DNA of 64,000 nucleotides from Octopus sinensis. Taxonomy: Eukaryota. Each line of letters begins with the position of its first letter. Position 1 is the stretch's first letter. The position numbers were made by a program, and so were the translations under genes. The notes below the pieces were generated by a model, which was not told where the DNA came from, searched no databases, and was given only the letters and a program-made list of their open reading frames with translations. The stretch spans positions 109,182,001 to 109,246,000 of the forward strand of contig NC_043005.1 in NCBI RefSeq assembly GCF_006345805.1, given 5' to 3'. This document shows, one piece after another, positions 52,623-63,494 of this stretch.

Positions 52623-53509
52623 AGGAGGCCCTGACTTTATGTATATTGGGAATGAAAATTTGATTATAATTTACTAAACCCAAGCATGCTTGTAGCTTAG
52701 TCACATTATTCGGCGTGGGCATATTATTTTATCACAGTTGCTCCGGATGGATCCGGTTTACATCCGTTTTTATCTGTTATCTGGCCCAAGTATTTAATAT
52801 TTTTCATTAAGAACTCGCATTTTTCTTCCATTAACTTAAAACCATATTCTCTCATCTTCTCAAATACCCTTTTAACATGTTCTACATTTTGTTCATGTAA
52901 TTCGCTTTTTATTGGAATATCATTTAAACAGGTGATAGCAAAATTAGAGTCGCCTGGCATTGTATCTATTACTTGCTGAAATATGGAAGGCACAAATTTT
53001 ACACCGAAGAGAAGCCACTTAAATTTAAATACGCTATGTTGTGTATTGATGGTTGATAAATGTGAGCATTCTTCTACTTGGATTTGTAGATACGCCTCCG
53101 AGAGGTCTAATTTTGAGAAGAATTTCTCTCTGTTTAGTTTTGAAAGCACTTCCTCAGGACTTGGCAATGGGTAGTTATGTGGGGTTAAGCAATCCTTCAA
53201 ACCTGTTGAAAAATCTGCACAAACCTTTAATTTGTTTTTCTTTTTTACATAAACCGTAGGTTCTACCCAGTCTGAGTGGTCTCTCTTCTCGATTATTCCT
53301 AGGTTGTAAAGTCTTTCAAATTCTTTATTTACCTGGTCTATTGCCGCGGATGGTACATTTCCTTTTGGCTGAAATACAGATGTTGCACTTTGTTTTACTG
53401 CAATTTTTACCGTTGTCTTCATGCCACAGCTCGGTTCCTCCGAGAAAACATCTGGAAATAAATGCTTTGCTTTTCGTTTCAGTCCCTCGGCTGCATTCGA
53501 ACTTTTCAC
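52623..53509 (-). pseudogene. Reverse transcriptase (degenerate)
   Basis: VYVKKK..LKVCADFSTGL, NYPLP, KLDLSEAYLQI, TCLNDI (YLDD), YLGQI. Confidence 0.92.
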
Positions 53510-53519
53510 TGAACCACAC

Positions 53520-53913
53520 CAGTGCCGGATTAACCATTAAGCAAAATAAGCACGTGCTTATGGCATCAAGGGAAGGAGGAGGTAAATGGTTTACGGTGCA
53601 AAAGAAATCACTTTAAACTTGCTAAAATAATATTCGGGATGCCTTTATCCCTTCTAAGTACAGATGCAGATGTGTTACCTAAGATTGATTTTGAGGATCT
53701 GATCAAAGACTTCGCAATTCAAAAAAGTAGGAGGAAACTTTTCAAATATGAATTAAGTGGAAGGAGACAAAAAATAAACATTAATTTCCCTCTTACTGTT
53801 TTGTTTCTTTTTGAAAAATAAAAATTTATTTTATGGTTTGTTATTGTTTATATTTATGGGGCACCAACATCTTTTAAGTGCTTAGGGCCTCGGTGTGTCT
53901 TAATCTGGCCCTG
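53520..53913. mobile_element. hAT-type MITE inserted between Gypsy PR and RT
   Basis: TIR CAGTGCCGGATTAA / TTAATCTGGCCCTG (12/14); putative 8-bp TSD only 5/8. Confidence 0.7.
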
Positions 53914-53976
53914 TCCCTCACAAAACACTTATGGGTGTATTCTACAGTTTGAGTAGTTCCATATGTGCCAAATAGA

Positions 53977-54258
53977 TTAACTGAGTTTTTTTAGCACATC
54001 TACTTTTGCCGTTTTCCTTTGGTCTCGAGCTGTTACATTACACACAAACTCACTGACAAAATACGATCTTTTACCTGTAACACCATCTGCTACCTTTGTA
54101 GATCCACTTAATTTCAGCTTACCGATATACTTGTAAGTTTCTTCGGCCACAGTGGTAATATCACTTCCAGAGTCTAACTGCATTTTTACTCTTATATTTT
54201 TAATTTTCACATTTACGAGTTTTCTCTTTGCTAAATTACCATTTTCCTTTGACGACAT
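53977..54258 (-). pseudogene. Retroviral-type aspartic protease
   Basis: VKMQLDSGSDITTV. Confidence 0.9.
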
Positions 54259-54678
54259 ACTCTTTTACTCTTTTACTTGTTTCAGTCATTTGACTGCGGC
54301 CATGCTGGAGCACCGCCTTTAATCGAGCAAATCGACCCCGGGACTTATTCTTTTGTAAGCCCAGTACTTATTCTATCGGTCTCTTTTGCCGAAACGCTAA
54401 GTAACGGGGACATAAACACACCAGCATCGGTTGTCAAGCAATGCTAGGGGGACAAACACAGACACACAAACACACACACGCATATATATATATATATATA
54501 TATATACATATTTACGACGGGCTTCTTTCAGTTTCCGTCTACCAAATCCACTCACAAGGCTTTGGTCGGCCCGAGGCTATAGTACAAGACACTTACCCAA
54601 GGTGCCTCGCAGTGGGACTGAACCCGGAACCATGTGGTTGGTAAACAAGCTACTTACCACACAGCCACTCCTGCACCT
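54259..54678 (-). mobile_element. Young OK-like SINE inserted at the gag/protease junction
   Basis: Near-identical to 21214-21619; removing it with one ATACT copy restores ...KRINSMSSKENG in frame. Confidence 0.9.
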
Positions 54679-54683
54679 ATACT

Positions 54684-55721
54684 GTTTATTCTTTTGTCTT
54701 TGTTCCAACGTTTTGTCATCTGGGTTTTACAGTGCACTTTTACATGTCCAATTTTTCCACAACGGGAGCATTCCGCTATCTTAAATGGACAATTTTTCCT
54801 CAAGTGCAGACCTCCACATGCAGAACATAGTTTTTTAAATACTTTTTATCCTGTTTGTACTGTATTTTAGTACACACTTGATTTCTATTCTGCTTGTTTC
54901 GCACTTATTTCATTTAAGAGCAATCTTTATGTTCAATTCTTTCTGTATCATGTCTAAAATTTACTATTCTTTCACACTCTTCAGACACTTGTTGTAAGGT
55001 TACAGCTTGGTTTTTTTCCAGCTTAGCGAGAATTCTTGTTCTTATTTTTGCATCTTTCTTTGCCGTTAGTTCCTGAGTAAATATCAGGGACTTGAACATA
55101 TCTAGCGTAAATTCGTCTGGCTTGAACTTTTCACATTCCTTGTTAACTCTACCAGCATATGTGATGTAGTCCTCGTCATTATTCCTTTCTGGGTTCAAAC
55201 ATTTCCAACATGTATTGAACAACAAGCTTTACGCTCTAAAAATTTTACACAATATGTCTATTTTCAGAAGGTTTTTGGGGAATACGTAATTGCTGTAATG
55301 CTCATGTTCTCCTGCTGACAGTTTTCCTAAGATGAAACGCATTTTCATCTCGTCGTCCCAATCTTTGCACTCTTTATTGAAGATTTGTTTGTGTCTCCTA
55401 TTGTAAGCTTCAAAGGTAACTCCTCCGTCTGGTTCGAACTTAAAAACTGTTAGTGAGTTCGCAACATAACCTGGCAAGAACATTTATTCAACATTTCCTG
55501 ACGACTTACCATTCATTAATTGCAGCATTTGTTGCTGTAATAGTAATAGTAATTGCTGATTGGAGTTGTAGCTGCTACTGCTGTTTTTCTTTCAGTTGTT
55601 GCTGTTGTTGTTGTTGTTTCTGTTGCTGTTGCCTCTACTGTTGTAGCTGCTGCTGTTGTTCTTTCAGTTGCTGTTGTTGCTGCTTTAGCAACTCGAGCAA
55701 ACCAGCCAACAAATTTTCCAT
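54684..55721 (-). pseudogene. gag with N-terminal Q-rich tract and two zinc knuckles
   Basis: MENLLAGLLELLKQQQQQ...; F.FEPDGGVTFEAYNRR; CSACGGLHLRKNC and CSRCGKIGHVKVHC (Mag-type). Confidence 0.88.
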
Positions 55722-55800
55722 AATTTTACAATTTTTTCCCCTAGAATTCACCCACAAAGCAATTTTGTGCATTTCGTAACTCCTTGTGAGTTTCTTAATT

Positions 55801-55811
55801 CCTTGTCGCCA
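55801..55811 (-). promoter_or_regulatory. Putative primer-binding site TGGCGACAAGG
   Basis: TGG-starting motif typical of Mag/Gypsy elements, but 24 nt from the LTR homology end. Confidence 0.55.
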
Positions 55812-55835
55812 CTGTTGTAATCCTCAATATCGGAT

Positions 55836-56010
55836 TGTTATAATACCCACTCAGTATAGCAGTATAGTTGTTAGACCACTAAAGATACGACTAAGATCAT
55901 TTACTTCGTACTTTTTCGTTATACGGACCGACGTCACTTATTTATAACGACTACCACATACCACTCACCACGTGGGAAGGTGTGCCATTATTACTATTAT
56001 CACCACAACA
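55836..56010 (-). repeat. 5' LTR
   Basis: Direct repeat of 51554-51727. Confidence 0.88.
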
Positions 56011-56089
56011 ATTCTGCTAAATAATTTTTCCTTACTGTTTTCTATTCAGTCTGCACTATCATTTTTTTAATTACAATTGTCCATAGACA

Positions 56090-56580
56090 AATATGGATGC
56101 TTATAGATGACGTGGGTCAGTCATGGACGACTACAGATGACTGTAGAAGACTATGGATGAAAAATACATAATTGTAGATGAGTATGGATGACTATAGATG
56201 ATTATAGACAGCTATGGATGACAATGAATATAGATGACTATGGGTAACTATAGATAGCTATGGATGACTAAGTATGATAGTATATGACTATGGATAACTA
56301 TGGATAATTATGTATGACTACACATATATATGATCACAAATCACTGTGGATGACTAAGCTTGGTTATAGATTTTGGAAGATTATAAAACATTATAGATGA
56401 ATTTGGGTATCTGTAGCTGACTATAGATACTTATGAAGCACTACAGATCACTTTGGAGGAATATAGATAGTTATAGAGGTTATGGGTGAGTATGAATCAT
56501 TAAAAGTACTATTGATAATTATAGATGATTGTAGTTATTTATGAATGAGAGTAGATAAATCTACATGTGATTGCAGATGC
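56090..56580. repeat. Degenerate ~10-bp minisatellite (gactatggat / gactatagat)
   Basis: Directly visible periodicity. Confidence 0.75.
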
Positions 56581-56628
56581 TTATAAATGGCTAGGATGAG
56601 TCTATAGATAATTGTTGATAAGTATACA

Positions 56629-56667
<39 letters not shown>

Positions 56668-57048
56668 TATATATATATGTCACTGTACTTGTACTATCAT
56701 TTAGTCGAGATGAATTCATCAGTTGATACCAATACAAAACAGTGACTCTATATTCTACTGTGATATCTTTTTTAAGCTCTAGTACAATGAGTGTATACGT
56801 GAGTAAATGTAATTGTCTGTACACACAACACACACGTGTGTATGTGTGCAGATACAACACTTCAATAATTTTGTTCATGTGAGTGCATAAAAATCTTAGT
56901 AATACATTGTGCTGAGCTTTATCTCAGTTTGTTGACATACTTTTGTATGTACGAGTGTATATTTGTGTGTGCATACATGCAAATTTGTGTAAATACATTT
57001 GTATATATTGATACAACCATCCATATACATACATGTATGTATATATAT

Positions 57049-57082
<34 letters not shown>

Positions 57083-57125
57083 CATACATATATATATACA
57101 TATATATACATATATATATATACAT

Positions 57126-57179
<54 letters not shown>

Positions 57180-57701
57180 TATATATATGTATGTATGTAT
57201 ATATCATCATCATCAGCATCATGTGTGTATACATGATAATAATTATTATTATTAATGAGATAGAGAGAGAGATTGAGAGAGAGAGAGAGAAACATATCAC
57301 AATGTACATCTGTACGTATGCCATTCCACTCTATATGTTGGCTAATTAAGATGCTGAATATTAGTCTGTTGTTGTTACAATTGTTGTTGGTGTTATTTCT
57401 TGCACTTGGTGCTATTGCTATGTTCTACTTGTTCCTGGTTGTTGATATTTGTCTATTGGAATTGAGGTGAGGAATTTCTCGGTAGCAGTGTGGAGGAGGT
57501 TCCCATGAGACTGGATGGTCATATTGGGAGATTGTATTAGATTAAGAATTTTTTAATGTATATATATGAAAACAGAAATGTGCACACACACACATAAATG
57601 TACCTATATATATAGATATGTTTACATATAAAAATGGATATATAAATGTATATGTGTATCTATATTTGCACATGCACATACGTATGTGTGTGTGCATGCC
57701 T

Positions 57702-57749
<48 letters not shown>

Positions 57750-58631
57750 AAGAGCTGGACTCATGTTTAAAGGTTTGGAGATAAAAAATATCATTTAGAT
57801 ATTTTAGAAGTTGTTTAGCTTCTAAATCAACTTCCATATCATTTGTTAGTTTTATAAGTAGAACCAGATTTTGGTGACTGCTCTGAATCGAAGACAACTC
57901 AACCATGAAGGGCAGGAGCAGCCTCCTTTGCTTTTTGTTAAAAGTTCCAGTGTGACGTCCACAGAATAGCTTCCTGTATCTGTGGTTAGTGAATTTATGC
58001 TTCTCCATTAAATTTTGAAAAGTAGATTTTTGCTATGGTCAACTAAATACTTAACAAGGGTGAAAGCCACTGTTATTATATCTTTGTTGTGGATTGAGAT
58101 AAGGGTATGCCAAATCTTATGTTCGTATGAGCTCACTTCTGAAGTACAATTAAGGAGGCTTCACCCATTGCCATGCCCCTGTAGTACTGGCCGCCTTCCA
58201 TGCTATGCTGCCCTTAATGAAATCATAAACTGTGGCCTAGACACTGCAGCTTTCCCTTCTCAGCTCAAGCCAGCGGGGATATACCAGGAAACAGTAGGCC
58301 TGACACTATGACAATTTTCCTGTTCTGTGGTGGTAGGCCCCTCATCTGGGATGCCATATACTGTAACTCCTTCTCCTGCAGCAACTTGATGTGTTCAGCT
58401 ACTAGCACAGGCTTCACTGCTCATCAAGCTGAGAAGAGCAAACTGTCAAAGTATAAGTCATTCTCGGACAGACTTACGGTTGAGCCTGTGACAATGGAGG
58501 CCTCCGGTATTCTCAGCTTCTGGATCATAATAACTACTTACCACTATCAGGGTAGAGATGGCTATCTGCAAGTGAGAGCCATGTGAGTCACAATGGCTGT
58601 CCCATTGCCTCTCCCTCACCATTCTCTAAGG

Positions 58632-59461
58632 CATAGCTTCTTAAAGTAGGTGCTACCACCCCCTGGTGGGCGTTGAGACAGTCTGGCTGGCACTGGTGTC
58701 TAAGGGGGCAGTGTGGGTGAGTGGTAGAGAAAAAGGAGGCGTTGGATGGAAAGCAGTGAATTGGGGGACGCTATGAATTTATTATAATAATATTATAGTA
58801 TTGTATACAAATTATATAATACTATATTATACTAATCTATATATATAAAACTGAAGTTGTGTGGTGTCTGTCTCCTACGATTTAGATTCCTAACTACTCC
58901 CACATTTTGCGGTGCAGTTTAATCAAAAGCAGGTATCTTATAGTCGTGATTCATATCGAGCCCTTCTGGGTATTAGCGCGCGTCTACGATGAGTATGATT
59001 TAAAAAAAAAATTACCATAATTTTTTTCCATTTTTAATGCATTTTTTTTGCTATTATATAAGGGAAGTAACTCTCTAAAAATGTCTACGGTGAGTCTACG
59101 ATTTAAAAAAAAATTACCATCATTTTTTTCCATTTTTAATGCATTTTTTGCTATTATATAAGGGAAGTAACTCTCTAAAAATGCTTATATATTTATTTCC
59201 CTTACAAACCCGAGCAACGCCGGGCGATACTGCTAGTTTATTATAATATTATTGTATACAAATTATATAATACTATATTATACTAATTTATTATAATAAT
59301 ATTATAATAATATTGTATACAAATTATATAATATTATATTAAATATCAAATGATTCATAGTATATATAAATTAGTAAAATATAAAATATTTATTTATACA
59401 TAAAGACAAGGTATTATGTGGCCATCAGGTGAGGGTGGCCCAAAAAGTTTAAGAACCTCTG
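58632..59461. mobile_element. hAT (Charlie-type) MITE with perfect 8-bp TSD
   Basis: CTCTAAGG at 58624-58631 and 59462-59469; TIR CATAGCTTCTTAAA vs CAGAGGTTCTTAAA (12/14). Confidence 0.85.
58836..59236 (+). mobile_element. Non-autonomous Helitron with an internal ~100-bp tandem duplication
   Basis: A|TCTATATATATAAAA start, cccgagcaacgccggg hairpin, CTAG|T end. Confidence 0.85.
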
Positions 59462-60193
59462 CTCTAAGGCAACACCTTGTCCATTTTTTCTCCTGGGGCC
59501 ATGAAGCATTCTGAATAACATGAAATTGAGAGAATGTAAGAATTTCATAGCTTACTACCCATTGTTGGTCTTTCTTTAACTAAGATTAAGGAGCTACTTT
59601 ATCAAAGGTCTCTTTACCAGCGGTGGTGCCCCAGCATGGCCGCAGCCTTCAGGCTAAAACATTTTTAAGGATTTAAGGATTTACTGGAAGATGGCTTGGA
59701 GGGTTTCTAAATAGTTTTATGACCACATTTTTAAATCTAGGGAGACATCTAAGAAATTTACCATTGCTAAGTTTGTTCCAATAGTGATTTTAGGATTGAA
59801 CAGTCTGAATATTTGGATATTTTTCTTTGGTGTTTAGCATGTGTCCACTTGCAACTTTAGGTATCATTAGCCTATCCTCTCTGTATAAGCCAAAGACGAT
59901 AGAGATGAAATAAGTAAATTTGGAGTTGTGCTTAAGACTAGTGCAATTGAACATTGCTATATTAGTAGTACTTTTACTCCATTGATTTAGATTAGTAGTT
60001 TTCCTAACACTATTATTAATTTTTCTCCGAATTTTCCTAGAATTTCTCTACTTCAGATTTAGCTGAGTTTTATCAACATACACTAAGAAATAGAACCAAA
60101 TTTATTTTCATTGTTCTTGAAACATCTTGTATTTCGGTAGCGTCACTACCCTGTGATCCCTTAAAGCTCTGATACAGTCTTTCAAACTCTTAC

Positions 60194-60242
60194 CGAGCAA
60201 TTGCATGTTTGGGCTATTGTCCACCTCACAGAAGTTTTAAGA
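60194..60242 (-). CDS. Candidate 49-bp exon (LKTSVRWTIAQTCNCS)
   Basis: T-rich ttattAG acceptor, TCG|gtaaga donor, single open frame. Confidence 0.3.
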
Positions 60243-60289
60243 CTAATAAAATCATAACAAAATAACATGTTAACAGATTATGTCTAACA

Positions 60290-60490
60290 TTTTTTCGTTT
60301 GAGGATTTGGTTTGCAAGATTCTTTATATGAGTTCGTGTGTTGAAGCACATTCTTTTGTGTCTGGGGAGAGTCATTTTCTTTTTGTGCCTCATGATTTAA
60401 CACACACACCGGTAAAATTTCCACTTATTTCTTATCTTTGTTCTCCTAAAAGTTTCGTTGCGTTTTGCAGCCTTTTCAATAGTCTTGACT
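60290..60490 (+). mobile_element. Unfolded copy of family F
   Basis: Highly similar to the reverse complement of 26400-26603. Confidence 0.8.
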
Positions 60491-61389
60491 CTCTAACATT
60501 CTGCCCTACAGTTAAGTTTATTCCTTGCTGATGTAGCAATAAAAATAATTGATAACAACACTCAAGGTAAAACAGGTGACAAATTTATAATGGAGTACAT
60601 AGTTTTCAAAGGTGTCCTTTCATTTGATTTCAAATCCAATTCTATAGATATGGAGTTTACGTTTTCTCAAGTATCAAGCTTTTCAGAAAAATATGATTTC
60701 AAAAGAAATAATGTATTTTATACTAGTCTCAAAATTTCAGACAATCAGTTTTCAAAATAACTGGAACATCCATGGTTAATGCTAGTTTTAATTATTATAT
60801 TAAACAAAACTCCAAAAAGAGATTGTAATGGTATAATGACGATGGGGAGGATGATGAGAGCAACAATGATGATGATGGAGGTAATGATAGGGATGAGGAT
60901 GAGAGGATGATGAGGATGATGAGGATGATGATGAGAAGGAGGAGGAGGGGGACTAGGAAAGAATCACTGAGACGACATGAGGAAAAACATTGGCAGTATA
61001 CAAACCGAAATAGAAATGGCAATAATGATGTGTGTTAGCACAAAAAAACAACAACAATAACAAATGTATAGAAAAAACAATACAAAATGTCAAAAACTAA
61101 CAAAGAATCAAATTCTCAAACAAAAAACATGAAAACCATACTCCCATCCGTTACTACACATACCCACTCAATAAAAATATAAACAACAAACAAACAATGA
61201 CAAAAACGTTCCAACACCTACCCCCAAACCAACACACCACCACAAAAAATAATAATGTATATAAAAAAGAACAAAATCAAATTACAAAATCTAAACTCAG
61301 CCTTCCAAAAACTGAATCAAATGAAGAACGATGATATAAAAAAAAAATAATACACGAAAAAAGGGTCTTAGATGATAAAAGAAACTTAC

Positions 61390-61506
61390 CTGTAGGGATA
61401 AATAACGAGAATTTTCCAATATTCCAAAAAATAACCAACAAATTACAGGAAATGAACATGAAGTAGATTCTATGGGAATAGCTTTTACAAACATCTATAG
61501 AATCCC
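61390..61506 (-). CDS. Candidate 117-bp phase-1 exon ([40 protein letters not shown]), hydrophobic
   Basis: ctttgtttattcAG acceptor, near-consensus CAG|gtaagt donor, single open frame. Confidence 0.4.
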
Positions 61507-61754
61507 CTGAATAAACAAAGACGATTTTTGAATACACAGAAGCCATGGCATGTTGATTACCATACCATTTAATTGCAGCCGAGTACCAGTGAAACCAATT
61601 CATGTATTCCGCAGTGTATACATACAAAGTTATATATATATATATATACACATACATATATATACACATACATATATATACATATACATATATATACACA
61701 TACATATATATACATATATATATATATATAATATATATATATATAATATATATA

Positions 61755-61794
<40 letters not shown>

Positions 61795-63199
61795 TCATAT
61801 ATATATAAATACACACACATGTATATACAGATATGTATGTATGTATGTGTGCATGTATGTATGTGTATGAGTGGCATATGCATATGCATGTTTTACTATC
61901 CCATGTATATAACCACCACACATACATACAACCCACCATCATACACATATATAAATTTATGTACATTTATGTATATATATATATGTGTGTGTGTGTATGT
62001 GTGTCTGTGTATTTATAAATATATATATAAATATATATATATATTCTTGTGTGTCTGTGGTATTTGTGTACAAGTATATACACACACGGGTATATGATGT
62101 TATGCAATAAATTGCCTTTCTTCACTGATAAACGAATGAAGACCATCACTGAATGTTTGGAATAGCATCGTCTTTCATAGCTTGTTGTTTCCAACTGAAC
62201 ATTTACCATTGAAGCTAAATGAGCAGATCACTGAGATGAAATAATCCTCGACGATGCAGCTGGGTAGGTAGGAATAAGGGTCTGTGGTGGGGGGAAATAA
62301 ATGACATGAGAAATGAAGGGAAATGAAAATGAAAGAATATTGGAAAGAGGTAAGAAACAACATGCATCGTAAGAAAGAATGATGAAAGACACTAATATTT
62401 TGAGAAATATGTATATATATATATATAAATATATATATAAATTTATATACATGTGTATGCATGAGGACTTATTTGTTTATATTTATATGAGATGTTTAAA
62501 TGCAGGCAAAGCATGTACTAAATATTTATTGTGAAAGAAAGTAAAAGTTCCATATATAATAAAGGAGAGAAAAGATATTCTTCATAACAAAGTATATAGA
62601 ATTTTTTCTCTTTTTCTTTTTGTTTTTCCAATAAATGGTTTCACCTTTCTTTTTTCTCCCACTGAAATTAAATTGATCATTAAAAATAGATGACAAAATT
62701 TTTCATTATTTAATTTCAAATATTTGGTAATTGTTATACATGGAAGAAATATCAGAAATAGTAGTAGATACTGAATTTTTGTTTTTATGTAACACGAGCA
62801 ACCCTAACCCCCGTCCAATGGACGGTGCTGAGTTGTCAAACATTTAAACCAAATTTTCTCAAAACAACTTGTCCGACCGTCCCATAGGCCTCCCCTTTGA
62901 GAAACACTGATTTAAGCTAAATTTGAGACACCAGCAAAAGAAGAAATAAAGATTGGCTTTTTTTCTATTCCAAAGAAAAACGATTTTATTCACACAAATA
63001 TGCAACCGAAGAGTTTAAAGTACCAGTAATGATAAGGCTCCTGACTGGGGGAACACAAACATGGTTTAAATAGTAAGCTTGGCAGGAAAGAAACATGCCT
63101 TTAAGCAGTACAAAAATAACAAAAAATGGAAGGTGCAGTTATGTACAGGTTGACGGAAGAAAAGCAAGACAAAAACGATGCGTGCAAATGGGTAAATCT

Positions 63200-63469
63200 A
63201 GATGGAAAAGCATGATCAATTTATGAGAACGTACCTGGGACAATAACAAGTTTATCCGATAAAGCATGTAGGAAATCAACTTGCACGTTCCCACGACTTT
63301 ATCGATCGCATTCTCACCTGGAATCGATTTTTGTAAATTTTTCAAGACTTATACACGCCCTGATACCGTCGGTTTCTACATATCAAAATTTGAACCCAAT
63401 CGGATGGAGGATGCCGGAGATCCTAGAAGACACACACACAGACAGACAGAACGGATTTTATATAATAGA
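63200..63469 (-). mobile_element. Helitron-like 5' fragment
   Basis: Starts A|TCTATTATATAAAA followed by a (CTGT)/(GT) tract, like 58836; 3' end not resolved. Confidence 0.45.
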
Positions 63470-63494
63470 TTTGTTTTGCATAAATTTGTTTAAT

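Larger units (their letters stand above)
51554..56010 (-). mobile_element. Decayed Ty3/Gypsy LTR retrotransposon (Mag clade), RNase H deleted
   Basis: Two ~175-bp LTRs, ATTCT TSD (51549-53, 56011-15), PBS, PPT, gag-PR-RT-IN order. Confidence 0.93.
58140..59500 (+). mobile_element. CRE-like RLE non-LTR retrotransposon C-terminal fragment, split by a hAT MITE
   Basis: HPLPC...AALNEII...PSQLKPAG..., GRPLIWDA, AEKSKLSKY, EPVTMEASG; the QRLS..I.RGN motif rejoins across 58632-59461. Confidence 0.75.

Noticed and set aside
52724-53509. Intact or domesticated RT gene
   Set aside because: Catalytic YLDD reads CLND, flanking stops and frameshifts are present, and the LTRs are ~15-20% diverged.
5048-54784. 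Repeated peptide RRASFSFRLPNPLTRLWSARGYSRRHLPK (5048, 21402, 54431)
   Set aside because: Antisense translation of OK-like SINE copies, not a gene family.
56090-56580. CRISPR-like array
   Set aside because: Contiguous degenerate 10-mers without unique spacers, in a eukaryotic context.
6415-62462. Numerous IYIY/HTHT/CVCV/VVVV/TTTT ORFs up to ~300 aa
   Set aside because: Translations of di/tri/tetranucleotide microsatellites, which lack stop codons in some frames by construction.
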